Below are positions 11,001 to 24,126 of a DNA stretch of 64,000 bases, piece by piece; position 1 is the stretch's first letter; each line of letters begins with the position of its first letter. Made by a program: the position numbers and the translations under genes. The stretch covers positions 124,001 through 188,000 of the forward strand of contig NW_026860290.1 in NCBI RefSeq assembly GCF_026571515.1, read 5' to 3'. The stretch is from Ruditapes philippinarum. Its lineage: Eukaryota. The notes below the pieces were generated by a model. The model was not told the origin of the DNA. It made no database searches and saw only the letters and a list, made by a program, of their open reading frames with translations.

Positions 11001-14000
11001 TGACTGCCATGATCTAAAACAAGAACTATCCTTACATTTTTATTTTAGAACTTTCCTTTACATATTTTTAGAATGGCAAGAACTTTCCTTTCTACTTTAT
11101 TTTAGAATGGTCAATGCGACTGTCAGACTTCAGGTAGTAATCTTAAAATTGCCAATGAAAATTCTTCTTAAAGTTAGTTCTTCCCTGTAAATTTTACAGG
11201 AAGTAAAACTGATTTTAGATCTCTACCGCCAAAATAACAACAAATATTGCTGTTCAACCAATACAATAAATATGTCAGATTGCTACCCATATAAAAACCT
11301 TATATCAACAAAGTCTTTGAATGACCTGAAAGAAATAGTTTTATCACAACCCCGTGCCAATTTTACGACTCCGTAAATATGGTATTGCACGGATGTGCAT
11401 ATATTTTGACGTGACGTCAGTAGCGTTATACAAATAGTGTAAAGAGCGCTAAATCTTAGCGTTATACAATAGGCGCGTCAATGAAAAATGACTCATTTCA
11501 TTTTAAACGGTCTTTATTTTGGGTATATGATAAATAGAATATTAAATTCGTGTAAGTTCATAACTGAATTTATTGCACTCGTTAAATTAAATAATATCAT
11601 GCTCGCCAGAGGCTCGCATACTATAATTTTATTCAACTCGTGCAATAAATTTAGTAAGGCTAACACTCATTCAATATCTTCTATATATAATATATATTTT
11701 TGATGTTTTGATTTTTTGTTGTTCTTGTGGTTAATTAAGATAACTTGTTTGTTTGTGGATTTTTATAATTTTTTAGGGAATTTGATATACAGTATTACCA
11801 AATTGTTCAAGCACTAAATGTCATCATGAGTGTGCATTCAATATTGTAAATAGTTACATGTATATAATATTTCTTTTAATTTCTTTACCAGTTAAAATTT
11901 AAATGCAAAATTCATTGATTCATTTTTCTCAAGTATCCATAATTATATCAAATGTGTCCATGTACTCCGAAATATATCAGTCTATTATGAGTCCTGTATA
12001 ACAAGTTATTTAATTTCCGATTTACAAAATCAAAAAGCTATTTCTATGGAATGCCTGGTATTTTTCTTTTTTACCAATTTCGTTGGAAACTTAATACATG
12101 CAGTTAAAGGAAATGAACTTATTAAAAGAGTACTATAGAAAATATTTAACATACGCATTCCAACGTCGTTAATAAGGCAATCAATTTTACTGTGCTTCTC
12201 AACCGTCAATTTAATACTGTTCTGTAAAAACACAAGTACACTATACTATATATAATTGGACAGTTATTTTAAGCCATTTCTGACATGAACACATGTACAA
12301 ATTAGTCCATCATTTGTCATTTTAATGCATCTCTGAAAAATACATAATAATTTATTTACCACTTTACAAAAACCTTTTCAACATTCATGACATATTTTAA
12401 AATATGTTGTTTACAGGACATTTCCTTTAAAAGATATAATGGCATATAAATTGAAACCGTCTTAAGAAACCATGACATGCACCAGTCAATTATAAAGAAA
12501 CTTCACTGAGGTCCAAAAGCCTTAAAACGAAAATTTGAATTCTTACATAGATCAACTGCGGCACTTAAAACAGTAAAATGTTTAAAACATTTAAAAATTA
12601 TACTCTGAATAATTTGAAAATTATATTTTAGCCCGAATTCAGTGAAAAGCGTTGTAATGCTTTTCATTTTTGGATTAGAATAATCATTCTGGAAAAAACG
12701 GAGTGAGTGAAGATTACAAGTTATTGGTCTTGACCTACTCAAATGAAACATTAATCTTGAAATATAAATCCAGTCTCTTGATGTCAAAAAAAAACTCAAT
12801 GGAGTTCCTTTTAATTTACAATAATCTGTAAATTCTGTTAATAGTATGACTATATTCAGAAGACTTGTTAATGATATAGTTTTCATAAACTTACCTTTAT
12901 TTCTTCTTCGTTAGTCACATCACAGTGTATATATGAAACATTTCCAGGTCCTGGTAAACTAAGTGTATTTCCAACTTTATCTGAAATGATATTTCTCTTG
13001 ACAACTTTAAACATTTCAATGTACAACAAAAACAGTTTATGCAGTAAGTTTAATTCTTTTTACCAGAAACAGCCAAATAGAAATAAGATATTTTTGTATT
13101 TGTGTATAGAAATTTACATTTTTTTATTAAAATAAAATACGAGGACATTCTGTGAGGATAGGTTCAAAAACTTAATTCATACCAGAAACGAATTACAAAA
13201 ACAAATATGCGTTTCTTGCGAGTTTCGAACTTTTTATGCAGCAAGCAAAATAAATTTAGAAATAAAGCTTTACAAGTTGAAAATTCTATCTTTCACAAAC
13301 CAGAAATAACATCAGTTTCAGTCAAAATGCATATTTTGATTGACCCGTATGTACCGTAAATAGTTCACAGATCTGAGGGCCTCCCAGTCAGCCCTAAATA
13401 TTAAACAAAGCACGGCCTTCGGCTTTTGTCCGTAAAATGTTTGTAGACTGACTGCTCGGTCACTATATATGCTATGCAGTCCGAGATACAGTGTTCTGAT
13501 ATTATACAACCTGTACCGTCACATCAAAATATATGCCAACCAATGACATATAGTTTTAACGGAATCGCAAAAGGATTGACATATCTTATATATAAGATCG
13601 AATCTTCCTCGTGTCCTTTGATAACGACGAGGAAGATATATGCGTTTACAGCTTGGTTGATCAAATATTTATGTATGAGAATTCACATTAAAAAATTACC
13701 GTTTATATCAAACACGACCACTGTTCCTCCGTTTTCGACTGAAAGAAAAAATGAATCACTTCTTTGTTTTTAAAAAAGTCGGAAATAATAGGTAGCTTGT
13801 TATTTCTAATCATAAGGCTATTGCATTAATATATCCAACAAATCTAATTTATACCATAATAATAATAGCAAAGGATCACTTGCCTACAAATTAAACCCAT
13901 AGCAATTCAAATGTTGTTTTTTTTTTAGTTTTTTTTAAACGCCTTGGTTAATTTAGAAACAGTATTGAACTCATTATTATGAATTGATATGACTTTACAA

Positions 14001-14804
14001 TTGTAGAGGACCAGCTAAAATGATTACTATAATAAGTTTATACGCTGGTTCAGAAATCATGTGAGATGGATAACAAACCAGAAAATACTCATTTCTTCGC
14101 AAGTGACCGACTATTAAACCAGCATGATTTCCAATTTTCCCGAGGATTAAACCGGCGACCCTTGGACCAATTATCCAAAGCTGTCCCTATTGAGCTAAGC
14201 GGGCGGTCATTTGATAAATAATATCATTGAAAGAAATTGTCGATGGTGGTCCGGATCACGGCAGTAAATCATTTTGAATTATTCAGAGTACAGTTCAATC
14301 ACCGCAACGTTCCTGGGCATTCTGCAGTCAAGCTGTTTTCAAGTACTAAGTGCTTTCACTTTCGTAAGTTCTGTATATATCAGAGCATAAGTACTGTGCG
14401 AGGATTTTATGATCAATCACCACGGACGTGTTTGGCACCATCCGGCAATCGAGCCCGGCCCGTCTGTTTCCCTGTCAAACGCTCTACATATCAACCGGTC
14501 AGTTAATGCCACTCTTTCAACATATATAGTTTAATTATTCACATAAATATAAGGAAACGGTTTTCTGCTGTTGTTATAATTTGATTGAATATGCTTGTGC
14601 TTTATTAAACATCAAACACATTTTTTTGACATTAATTTGCATATCCTATAGTCGAAATGTATAGTCAAACACCCGATGCCAATGGAATAAAAACTTAAGT
14701 GAACGGTTATTCTTACCAAAAACTTCGACGCATCCTTTACCAATACCACTACATCCACCAGTTATAATAGCTACTTTATCTTTAAAACGTAATCCACTAG
14801 CCAT
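8006..14804 (-). CDS. HSD17B14: 17-beta-hydroxysteroid dehydrogenase 14-like / L-fucose dehydrogenase (classical SDR), 9 coding exons, 254 aa
   Basis: Exons 14717-14804, 13700-13738, 12895-12980, 12155-12221, 10922-11013, 10191-10295, 9703-9770, 8769-8856, 8006-8137 are all GT-AG and phase-compatible, totalling 765 nt. Protein MASGLRFKDKVAIITGGCSGIG...CDVT...DCLINDVG...YALPHLRKTKGSIVNMSS...YCSSK...SKALAIDEAKNGVRVNAVCPGPINTP...LGRFGEPREIGLACLFLAADATFTTGAELMCTGGCEIGYGVK*. Has TGxxxGxG, YxxxK and the HSD17B14-type C-terminus TGGxExGYG. Confidence 0.92.
8545..8735 (-). mobile_element. SINE fragment in HSD17B14 intron 8 (mirror copy 20690-20890, +)
   Basis: Core gaaagctatcc...ggaaggtcggtggttc...tgaaataatgca...tcttcc resembles bivalve SINE bodies (from recall, not a search). 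Confidence 0.5.
8884..9142. repeat. (CAT/CAC/CAA)n degenerate trinucleotide repeat in intron 7 (mirror 20352-20538)
   Basis: Directly visible low-complexity tract. Confidence 0.9.
9387..9683 (+). mobile_element. tRNA-derived SINE with Deu/Nin-like core (mirror 19823-20102; 3' fragment at ~56440-56595, -)
   Basis: Head with B-box gggttcgattc (~9440). Core tttctacagtcattc...cagtt...tagtactggtaa. Three copies in the window. Confidence 0.7.
11016..11285. repeat. Dispersed repeat with internal aagaactatcctttacattttattttagaatgg sub-repeats (other copies 19010-19225 inverted, 38075-38340)
   Basis: Three alignable copies sharing ccaatgaaa...ttccctgtaaattttac...aagtaaaactgat. Confidence 0.75.
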
Positions 14805-15179
14805 GGCAGATCTCTGTTTCTTGATTTAGACTATAGAAAAAAAAAGAAATACTGAATCTAAATTAACATAGATTTTTGCTTTTATTTATTATTGTACTTC
14901 CCCGCTTAAAAAAAAATTAAGCCCTTTTACATATATGTTGCGATATACAAAGATGGGAGGGGTATATCGTAATAATATTTCCGTAGTGCTTTAAGTGAGG
15001 CAAAAATACGATGGTGAAAAAATGGCGGATAATTTTTTCCATTTTTAGATGACGTCATCTGAAAAGGACTGTTCGTGTGGTCTATGTGGTAAGCGGCTGG
15101 CAACCAAGTCTCCGGTGGGCTGTCTTGCTTTTTAGACAATCTCGAACATACATTTACTAAAAAAATAGTGAAAAACACA

Positions 15180-15920
15180 ATCCTTAAAGAAAGCCCAACA
15201 CGACCAAAACTGTAAAATGTTGCAGGCTCGGTTTGATTGAGCCTGTTCATGGACGGTATTGGAAAGTGCAAGTTACCGTCCAGACCACCTAGCACCGGCT
15301 TTAGCAGATTTCAACATTTTAACACTAAAATGGTGAAATTTTGAATTTAAAAACATCCGCAGATGTGTTCATACGGGGGTTATCATGGAACCTTCAATGT
15401 GACACAGTAGTGTCATTCCATGTAAAGCGGCGTCTGGTCCCCAAATAAAAGAATGCGTGTGCCCTAAACGAGAAATCAATGGGCGGAACTAAATAAAATG
15501 GAATTTTGAAAGGGGGTCTGAGGTTATGAAGTTATGTCACAGATAAGACGTCAACAGACAAATTTAAGAAGCAGGCAACATATCGTAAGGGTGATTATAC
15601 AGTATTCAAGTAGGAATACTGGAACCACCAAAATTGAAAACGCCAAATACAAGTAACTAAAAATACCATGTAAAATGTATACACAACAATAATGTCGTGC
15701 TGAACGATCTTCAAGGATCGAAAATATAACATCATTGATTAAATGTACGGGGAGATTTTTTACAGCCGCCACACGGCACAAATAACACGGATGTGACAAT
15801 GAAATGTGAAAAATTAAATCCCAAAAGAAAGCCCAACACGGCAAAACTGTCAAATGTTGCAGGCTCGGTTTGATTTAGCCTGTTCATGGACGGTATTGGA
15901 AAGTGCAAGTTACCGTCCAC
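15180..15920. repeat. ~110-bp direct repeat pair (~15180-15292 and ~15818-15920), probable DNA-transposon remnants
   Basis: aaagaaagcccaacacg...tgttgcaggctcggtttgatt...ggaaagtgcaagttaccgtcca occurs twice. Confidence 0.8.
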
Positions 15921-16707
15921 GCTCCCTAAAACTATATAAGAAAAACGAATGACAAATATACATTAACAACACATATTATGATATTGTGTCAATACACTAG
16001 CAGTAAGCAAAACAATGTTTTGCTTGTAAAGACATTATTGATTATTATCTAAATTAAACATTCAAAGAAACCTTTGCAACTTAGTAAACTTTCAATCTTT
16101 ACAAAGGGAGAATATCTATTAACTTGAGAGAATCTCAGGGTAAGATGTTAAGGTTTACGTTGATCATCAGAAGCTTAAAGCTACTTAACTTAAACAAGGC
16201 ACTAAAGCCTGCTTTAAGAGGTTATTTTTAATCAAAACACACGATGCTCTTGAAAACTGATATGTAAAAATGTATGTTGCAATGAACTATATACCATAAT
16301 ATTTTGAATACAATGCAAAACCTTAACTCAAAGCCATTGATACTGTTTAAATTATAAATTTCCGTTTAAGTATTACTGTGCCTACATATCAACTGACATT
16401 CATTATCTTCGTGGGGCAAAGAAATAACTCAATAGAGTAGACGGTCAAAAAAAATTCCCATAATTCTTGATATATTGCATTATCTTTATTTGGGTAAAGT
16501 CTACAACCCTCTCGTTCTATTGAGAAACATGTACGTAAAATGTTTTGGGAAAAGGGTCAGCATTTAAAATTACGGCATGAATGGAAAGTGAAACCGTGTA
16601 TTTGAAAAATGGCGCGATTTTAAATCTACGACAAACGACTGTATTGGTTCCCCTCTATAATGAGCGTCCTTTGCATCCCGTAAAATGATTAAAGATTAAT
16701 GAAATAT

Positions 16708-18767
16708 ACAATCCTATTTTCTGATGCACAGTAAGTACGTCAATATATTTTTCTCTTTCGAAAACTATTGTAAATTTAGCGGGCACAGCGAGAGAAAATT
16801 CGTCTTTTAAAAAAAATAATACTTAATTGTCAAAATGAAGCTACCAAAATGAATATATGTATCACAAAAATCCGCCATTTTTACACGAGTAAAATTATGC
16901 CTCACTTAAAACAGACAAGAAATAATTTATCCTCTATCCTCTGGCCCTCTCCCCCACTCCTTAGTAGAAAACTATTTACTTATAGAGCAGGATATGTAGA
17001 AGTGTAACACACAAGGTAACTCAACTGGCAATCTCCGGAGCAGATTCCTGATGGCCCTTGTGGGCATTTTCTTACCCTCTCACAGATAGCCTCTTACATG
17101 GACAGCAAAACATTTAAACGGGAACAAATACCATACAAGAATAAATATAGAATTAGAAACTGACTTTAGCTTTCATAATAATCTTTCATTTGATGATCTA
17201 AAGAGTATAAATAATGCAAAACAATTCATTACTCCGTTGACCCATTTGGCAACTTATACAACCTTTATGTGTATAACAAAGTGCTTACCTGTATTCAAGT
17301 AGTTTACCTCACACTTTAATCAGTATATCAGTTAATAACTGCTTATGTGCGCCGACGTCCTATCTATGTAAATACAGTGGGTTTAAAAATAGCAAAATAT
17401 CGACATGTTGGCCTAGTTAGCAGTATCATACATGTTAAGATTGCTTGCAAGTTTGTATAGATGATATGTCTGTGTCAATGAAATAGTTCGCTCGATCATT
17501 GCAAATCCAAATTTTGAGTGTTTTTACCATGTACCGTTAGGGCAATGCGTTTCAAACAGAACTCAAAACAACTTAAAGACGAAATTCGGATGGTGAAAGG
17601 TCGAAGGTACGATGGTTTAAAGTCGAAATAAAGAAAACCACGATGAAGAAATCTAGATATAATTTCGTGTTTTCTCCATCTTACTTTCTCTATCGTGGTT
17701 TAGTTCTACTATCGTGGATTTCGTAGTGTCAACTTTTCATCATCGTAGTTTCAACTTTTCATCGTCGTGATTTTCACAATTGTACATAAGACTTTTCATA
17801 CAGGTTTTACATCTGTATTTCGGTAAACCTTACGGCACAATGCGAGAACCATGAACAGGTTGATTAATACGGTAAATGCTAATTGTCAGACACTTAAAAT
17901 AACAGCTAAAATGCATAAACATGATACCATATGTGTTACATATTGTATAATAAAAACTGCTTTATAAAAGTCAAAAAGGAAACATTGAAGACCGTCAATC
18001 ATGATATGCGTGAATATTCTGCAGGTCTAGTTTAATTTAGCCTTGTCACAGTCAGTAAGCTTAATGTAAGCTACCGTGACTCTCCCTAGCACCGGTTTTA
18101 CTTTAATAAATCAACATTACTTACAGTACAAAAAAATTATAACATTGTAGGCGCTGGTGTTATGCGTTATTGTACAACAGCTTTGGCTCTCACACTACTT
18201 TAACATATCATATGCATACATACTGACACCAGTTAAGCTCATATCTGGTTATTATGCAACATTACCTTATTAGTACCATAGATCAAGATTTATGAACTCA
18301 TTTATAAATCTAATGTCTAAATTAACTTGAATAAAGTCTTTGACGTTACATGTTTTCAAATATGTGTTTTTGCAAAAATGCTTTCTAATTATGTTTATGT
18401 GAATATTGTAAAAGAAGTAACGGATTTATCATTCTGTACTAATGCACATATTTCACGAATTCAACAGTGCTAAACATGGAATGTACATTTTGCAAAAATA
18501 TTTCCCTACTTAGAAGTGCGGAAGGGGGAGAGGGCCAGAGGATAGAGGAGATGGTTAAATTAATTCTGGTGTGTTTTAAGTGAGGTAAAATTTTACTAGT
18601 GTAAAAATGGCGGTTTTTGTGATACATTAACTCATTTTGGTCGCATTAGTTTGACAAGTAAGTATTTTTTAAAGACGAATTTTCTTTTGCTGTGCCCGCT
18701 AAATTTCCAATAGCTTTCGAAAGAGAAAAATATTCTTACGCACTGTGCATGCAAAAAATAGGATTGT
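16708..18767. repeat. ~2.06-kb segment bounded by ~270-bp inverted repeats (16708-16977 and 18496-18767)
   Basis: acaatcctatttt...tttcgaaa...aaatttagcgggcacagc...ccgccatttttacac...ctctatcctctggccctctcccc matches the reverse complement of 18496-18767 at roughly 80% by eye. No TSD or transposase seen. Confidence 0.85.
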
Positions 18768-19734
18768 TCATGTACACCAAGACTTTCTTTCGATGAATTA
18801 TGCATTGAGATTTTAATTGTAATAGAAACAAAAACTTTGCTATCAACTATTTACACTTTTTAATGCACACTTTTGATTAAATGAAGTGCTTGAACAATTT
18901 GGTAATATATCAAGTTCACTTAAAAGTTATAAAAATCCACAATCAAGCTATCTTAATTAACCACAAGCCATTCAAAGATTTTATAGATATAAGGTTGATA
19001 TACGGTTAACAATCGGACCTATTTATTGTATTGGTTGAACATCAATATGTGTTGTTTTTGGGCCGGAAGCCATCTAAATCAGTTTGACTTCCTTTAAAAT
19101 TTACAGGTAAAAACTTAATGTAAGAAAATTTTTCATTGGTCATTTTAGTACTTAGTGGAATCTGAGAGTCGCGTTGACCATTCTAAAATAAAGTAGAAAT
19201 TGCTGGATCTTTTAAAATAAACTCACACTGCAAAGATCATATAGAAACTTCCCAGCTTTATTGGTTGGCAAATACCTCATGTGCTTTTTTGTTCGTATTT
19301 TTACGACAGGGATTCATTAATAGAACAGAACAGAACATATCGTTTATTAGATTTTATATTTAAGCATACTAAATTAGTTTATCATCTTTACATGCATTAC
19401 TTTGAATATAAATATCATGTCATATAAATAAAAAAATTAACATGAATATAAATATAAATATACGTCTATTTACTTATAGAGACACCAGTTATTCTAAATA
19501 TTTTAAAACAGTACCCTGGGTAAAGTTCATACTTGCTTAGACAGATAAATATAATAATGTAATGATAGACAAAATGATCATATTGTTGCCTTTTTTGCAA
19601 GTTTAATAAAATAGAAAGAACCTTATAAAATATATACATGTACATTTAATCTAAAAGTACTTAGCTCAAGTTAAACAAGAGACGCATTCTTATAAACACA
19701 ATACAATTTCATGTTGCTTTCTCCTTGTTTTAAG

Positions 19735-21449
19735 GGTGCTATTATCTCGTTGTCAAAAGCGTTGGCTATAGACGAAGCCAAGAATGGTGTCAGAGTCAAT
19801 ACGTAAGTACATATTTTATTTGTGGTGGGGTTGGCAGTTTTAACTTCGGATCATAGCAGTAAGCCACGATGAATTTACCATAGCACAGTTCAGCCACTGC
19901 ATCGTTCCTGGCAGGCTGTCGAGCAGTTTACCAGTACTAGTTGCCTTCACTCCCGGAATGAACTGAAACTTCTGTACACACAAGAGCAGAGGTACGGTGC
20001 GAATGACTGTAGAAAGGATTTCATGATCAACAACGAAAGTAACCTGCGTCGTCCGGGTCGACGGATTTATAATCCAACGCTCTACTTATTGACCGGACGG
20101 CTAATACATGTATGTTACTGATCAATATGATTTTTTTATAAATCTTTGAGTATCACAGGACTATGTTAACAAAATGTAGGCATGACATCCTGCAAAGTGA
20201 AGTCAGGCAATTGCCTAATCCAGATACATATGTCATAGATAAGGGAGACAGATTTGTACGGCATGTTAATTGAAATAAGAATGAAGTGAATGTTGCAGGC
20301 AACATTGAAGTATATTTAAGGTCAGATAAATAATTATAGAATACAAAATTTAATGATGACGATGGTTGTGATGACGGTACTGATAGTGATCATGATGATG
20401 ATTATGGTGATGGTGGTAGTGGTGATGATGATTATGGTTATGGTGGTAGTAGTGGTGGTGATGATGCTGGTGCTGTTGCTGCTGCTGGTGATCATGTTGA
20501 TGGTAATATCAATAGTAGAATGATGATGATGATGATGAACACAATTTTTTTTTCAATTTGTAAAGGGTATGCCCAGGACCAATAAATACGCAATTGCTTC
20601 AAAGTTGGTTAGAACGAGGAGGAGAAAAGAGGGAATTAGTATAAAAAAATGGTCGGTACGTAACATACTGATTAATATAGCCTCCGTGATTAAGGCCCCG
20701 TCAGAAACTTTAGGAATCTTTCATGTGAGAAAGCTATCCAGTTAATTTAGGAAGGTCGGTGGTTCACCAAAGGGCTCGCTGAGTGTCTGAAATAATGCAT
20801 TCACAAAGGTGCACCTGACATCTTCCTCCAACAGTAGGTCACCGTGAGACTATTACTGTGTTCTTGCGTTTAAAAACAAAACAACAAACAAAGCCACTCG
20901 ATATTTTGTTATCTTTTGCTTCCTTTTTTCTATAATCAAAATAATGCAGTTTCATTCTCAGTAGCTCCTTAGTTGCTACGCACTCATCAAATTGAACGCT
21001 TGCCACCTTGGCACCGTGCTATGACGTCAGATAAGGAAAAATAGGGTAATTGTTAGTCCTCAAAATTGATAGGACGATACTATCTAAATAGGTTTTCATA
21101 TAAGAAAATAACTGATCTTAGTTCAAATGCTTTACAATTCTTTAGAGTTTTTACTTTAAAGTATGCCGAGAAAAGTGAAATTGTGTATTTCAGTGGTTTA
21201 AGTTAAGTATGTTGTTTTTTATATCATAACTTTTCAGTTAGCTAAAAGTATTATTGTAATCGAATAATGATTATGAATTCTAATTCATTTGGTTATTTTC
21301 TTTTTATTTATATTTAGCAACTTGGACAATTTGAAGAGCCACATGAAATAGGTTCGGCATGTCTATTTTTAGCAACAGACGCCAATTTCACAACTGATGC
21401 AGAACTTATGTGCACCGGTGGATGTGAAATCGGATATGGTGTTAAATAT
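19735..21449 (+). pseudogene. Partial HSD17B14 pseudogene (exons 7-9 only)
   Basis: Exon copies 19735-19802, 20566-20655 and 21318-21449 keep AG/GT sites. Exon 8 copy has an in-frame TAA (20642-20644) and a net +2 nt. Exon 9 copy has LGRFG->LGQFE, TTG->TTD and stop TAG->TAT. Exons 1-6 are absent. Confidence 0.9.
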
Positions 21450-22679
21450 AACTTTTTTTGAGTTTACCTTTTCAAGATTATTTTGTCACTCTCCCAATGC
21501 CTAATTGTATACCATCGTGTAAAATAATACTAAGGAATGTGCATATTTCTGATTCGGTTTAATTAAGGAAACTTCACGTTGGCCATAGCAGTCGGCGGTG
21601 GAGCAAAAGCGATGGATAAAAATGGCGTCGAGCTCTTCTTTCGCAGAATCACTAAAAGCACTTTGAACAAATGATCGTCATTATAAGATGATGCACACAA
21701 CGCAAAAAAAACAGGATGTTTCTTACAAAATCAAGGTCAAACCTAAGGATCGGCCAAAGGTTAAAAAATTACTTCGTCTTCCTTCCGACTGTTTTGTCAA
21801 CTTTATTCTGAGCTATAACTTTTTTATATAAATTTTGCCTATTTTCTGTTAAGAGAGCCCCAGTTGATTTATGTAAACATTTTATTTTATTTTTCATATT
21901 TGATTTTATCGTACCTCATTGGAGCACCTTTAAAAATACTATAAAGGCAGAAAAATAAAACAAAACGAAAAGAACACCTTTGATAGTTTTGTTGTAATAA
22001 AATAAACAATAAAACCATGTACATACGATTTCTCTCAATGCGTCTCATAGTAAAAATTCAATAAAAATGCTTTCTTCAAATGCGATAAAGACATCAAACA
22101 TGCATCAAAATTCACTAAAAGTGCCGGAGAAGACACACTCAAATATTTAATTCTGGATGATAAAGAAAGACTTAACCAAATTAGAAATATGGTAAAATAT
22201 AAGAAATATGTAATTAATATCAGGAAATTAAAATTGAGTTGTCCACTTATTGTTAATCGCATAAATATATGCCTGAAATTTCTTAATTGAAAACAAAAAA
22301 AAGTTTCTGTTATAATTTATACTTAACATGAACGTTCTGAGGGATTGATTCTTGAAACAGACTGAGATGACTTACTATGTTAGATAAAATGAAAAGTCCT
22401 TTAAGTGATAAAAGAACTTGAGAAGAATAATCATTAAACTATTGATGCCAGTGTTACAGACCTTGACATATGTGATATGAGTGATTCGAAGTAACATCAA
22501 TTACAAAAATAATGAAAAAGTTCTTTTTAAAATATAATCCTTTTAATATGACATTATAGATTCTAAAGGCATAAATACAGGTGCTAAATTCATGATCCTT
22601 GTTAGGTGCAATTTTGACGACAATAAGTATGATTTAGTGTTTAATTTTTTAAAATACAAATGTATATTTGTGCAATTAA

Positions 22680-23350
22680 TAACAAATGTGTATGTAATAT
22701 TTTCTTCAAAGGGATAGATAACTCTTGAAATTATAAAAGTAAACATGAAGATTTGTGTAAATTAGTAACAACTTGTATGAAACACTATTTTTAAGTTGTA
22801 GATAAATATTGAAATTATAAAAGTACATGTGATAATAACAGTTTGTATGAAATACTATATTCAAGGAGAAAATAACTCTTGAAATCATAACAGTACCCAT
22901 GTATATTTATATGAATTAATGACAATTTGTATAAATACTATTTTTAAGGGGTAGATAACTCTTTAAATAATAAAAGTACACGTTAATATTTTTGTAAAAT
23001 AATAACCATTTTGTATAAAATACTATCTTCAACGGCTAGATTACTCTTTAAGTTATAAAAGTATACATGTAAAACGTGTAAAATAATAACCATTTTGTAT
23101 GAAGTATTATTTGCAAGGAGTAAATAACTCTTGAAATTATAATAGTACACATGCATGTTTGTGTAAAATAATAACAATTTTGTGTGAAATTCCACCTTCA
23201 AGGGATAGATAACCCATGTAATCATAAAAGTATACATGTATATTTGTGTAAAATAATAACAAATTTGTATGATATACTATCTTCAAGGGGAGATAACTCT
23301 TAAAATTATAAAAGTACACATATAAAATGTGCAAAATACTAATAATTTTC
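22680..23350. repeat. ~80-bp minisatellite, right-arm copy
   Basis: Reverse complement of the 5460-6870 array without the LTR. Confidence 0.85.
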
Positions 23351-24126
23351 AATGGATAATTCTAGTATTTGATGTTTGTGATGGTAAGAGGCACAAATTC
23401 GTCACGTAAGAAAGACATTATAGTTTAAGATCGTTTTATGCAAAATAATCTTTAACGAACGACGACACTGAATTGAATGTGATCTCAAAAAACTTCGTAT
23501 AGCTAACTATAAGTGAACAATATATAAAAAAAATACAAATTGTAAATAATTTCATAGATAACATGCCTGTCATTAACAAATAATTAATGCGCAGTCTTTA
23601 AATATTCAAATATTAAGCTTGGTTCACAAAAATCCCTCATGTTATAACATATCATTAGAAGTAAAATATACATTGAATACATTTAGTAACAGGGGCACTA
23701 TTTTTCTGCTTGAAGTTTAACTTACTTAACAAGTATGTTAGTACATGTAATATTGTTAAGATACCAACAAAAAATATAACAATATATAAATACATTTTTA
23801 AAACATATGATAATTAGCATTAGTAAACGAACAATTTATGAAGAAGTGATGACATTTAATGTATATACTGCTATTCATGATAAAATGTGTACATGTATTT
23901 ACTTGTGAGCAATTAGTAGCACATTGTCTAGAATATATAAAACAACAAAATAAAATTTAACAATTAAAACACAAATTTGAATATCACAGATTTATCAAAA
24001 TATCACTGAATGTCTTCTATGCATTCAAAATTGATACTGAAGTTGACTTCTAGCACTTCCGGTACAATCATGTTGGCGCTCGAATAAAAAGTGAGTACTT
24101 TGTCTGACGTTTATCGGATACCGATT

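Noticed and set aside
14927-15920. Two ORFs sharing DGNLHFPIPSMNRLNQTEPATF
   Set aside because: Translation of a ~110-bp non-coding direct repeat; no splice or domain support.
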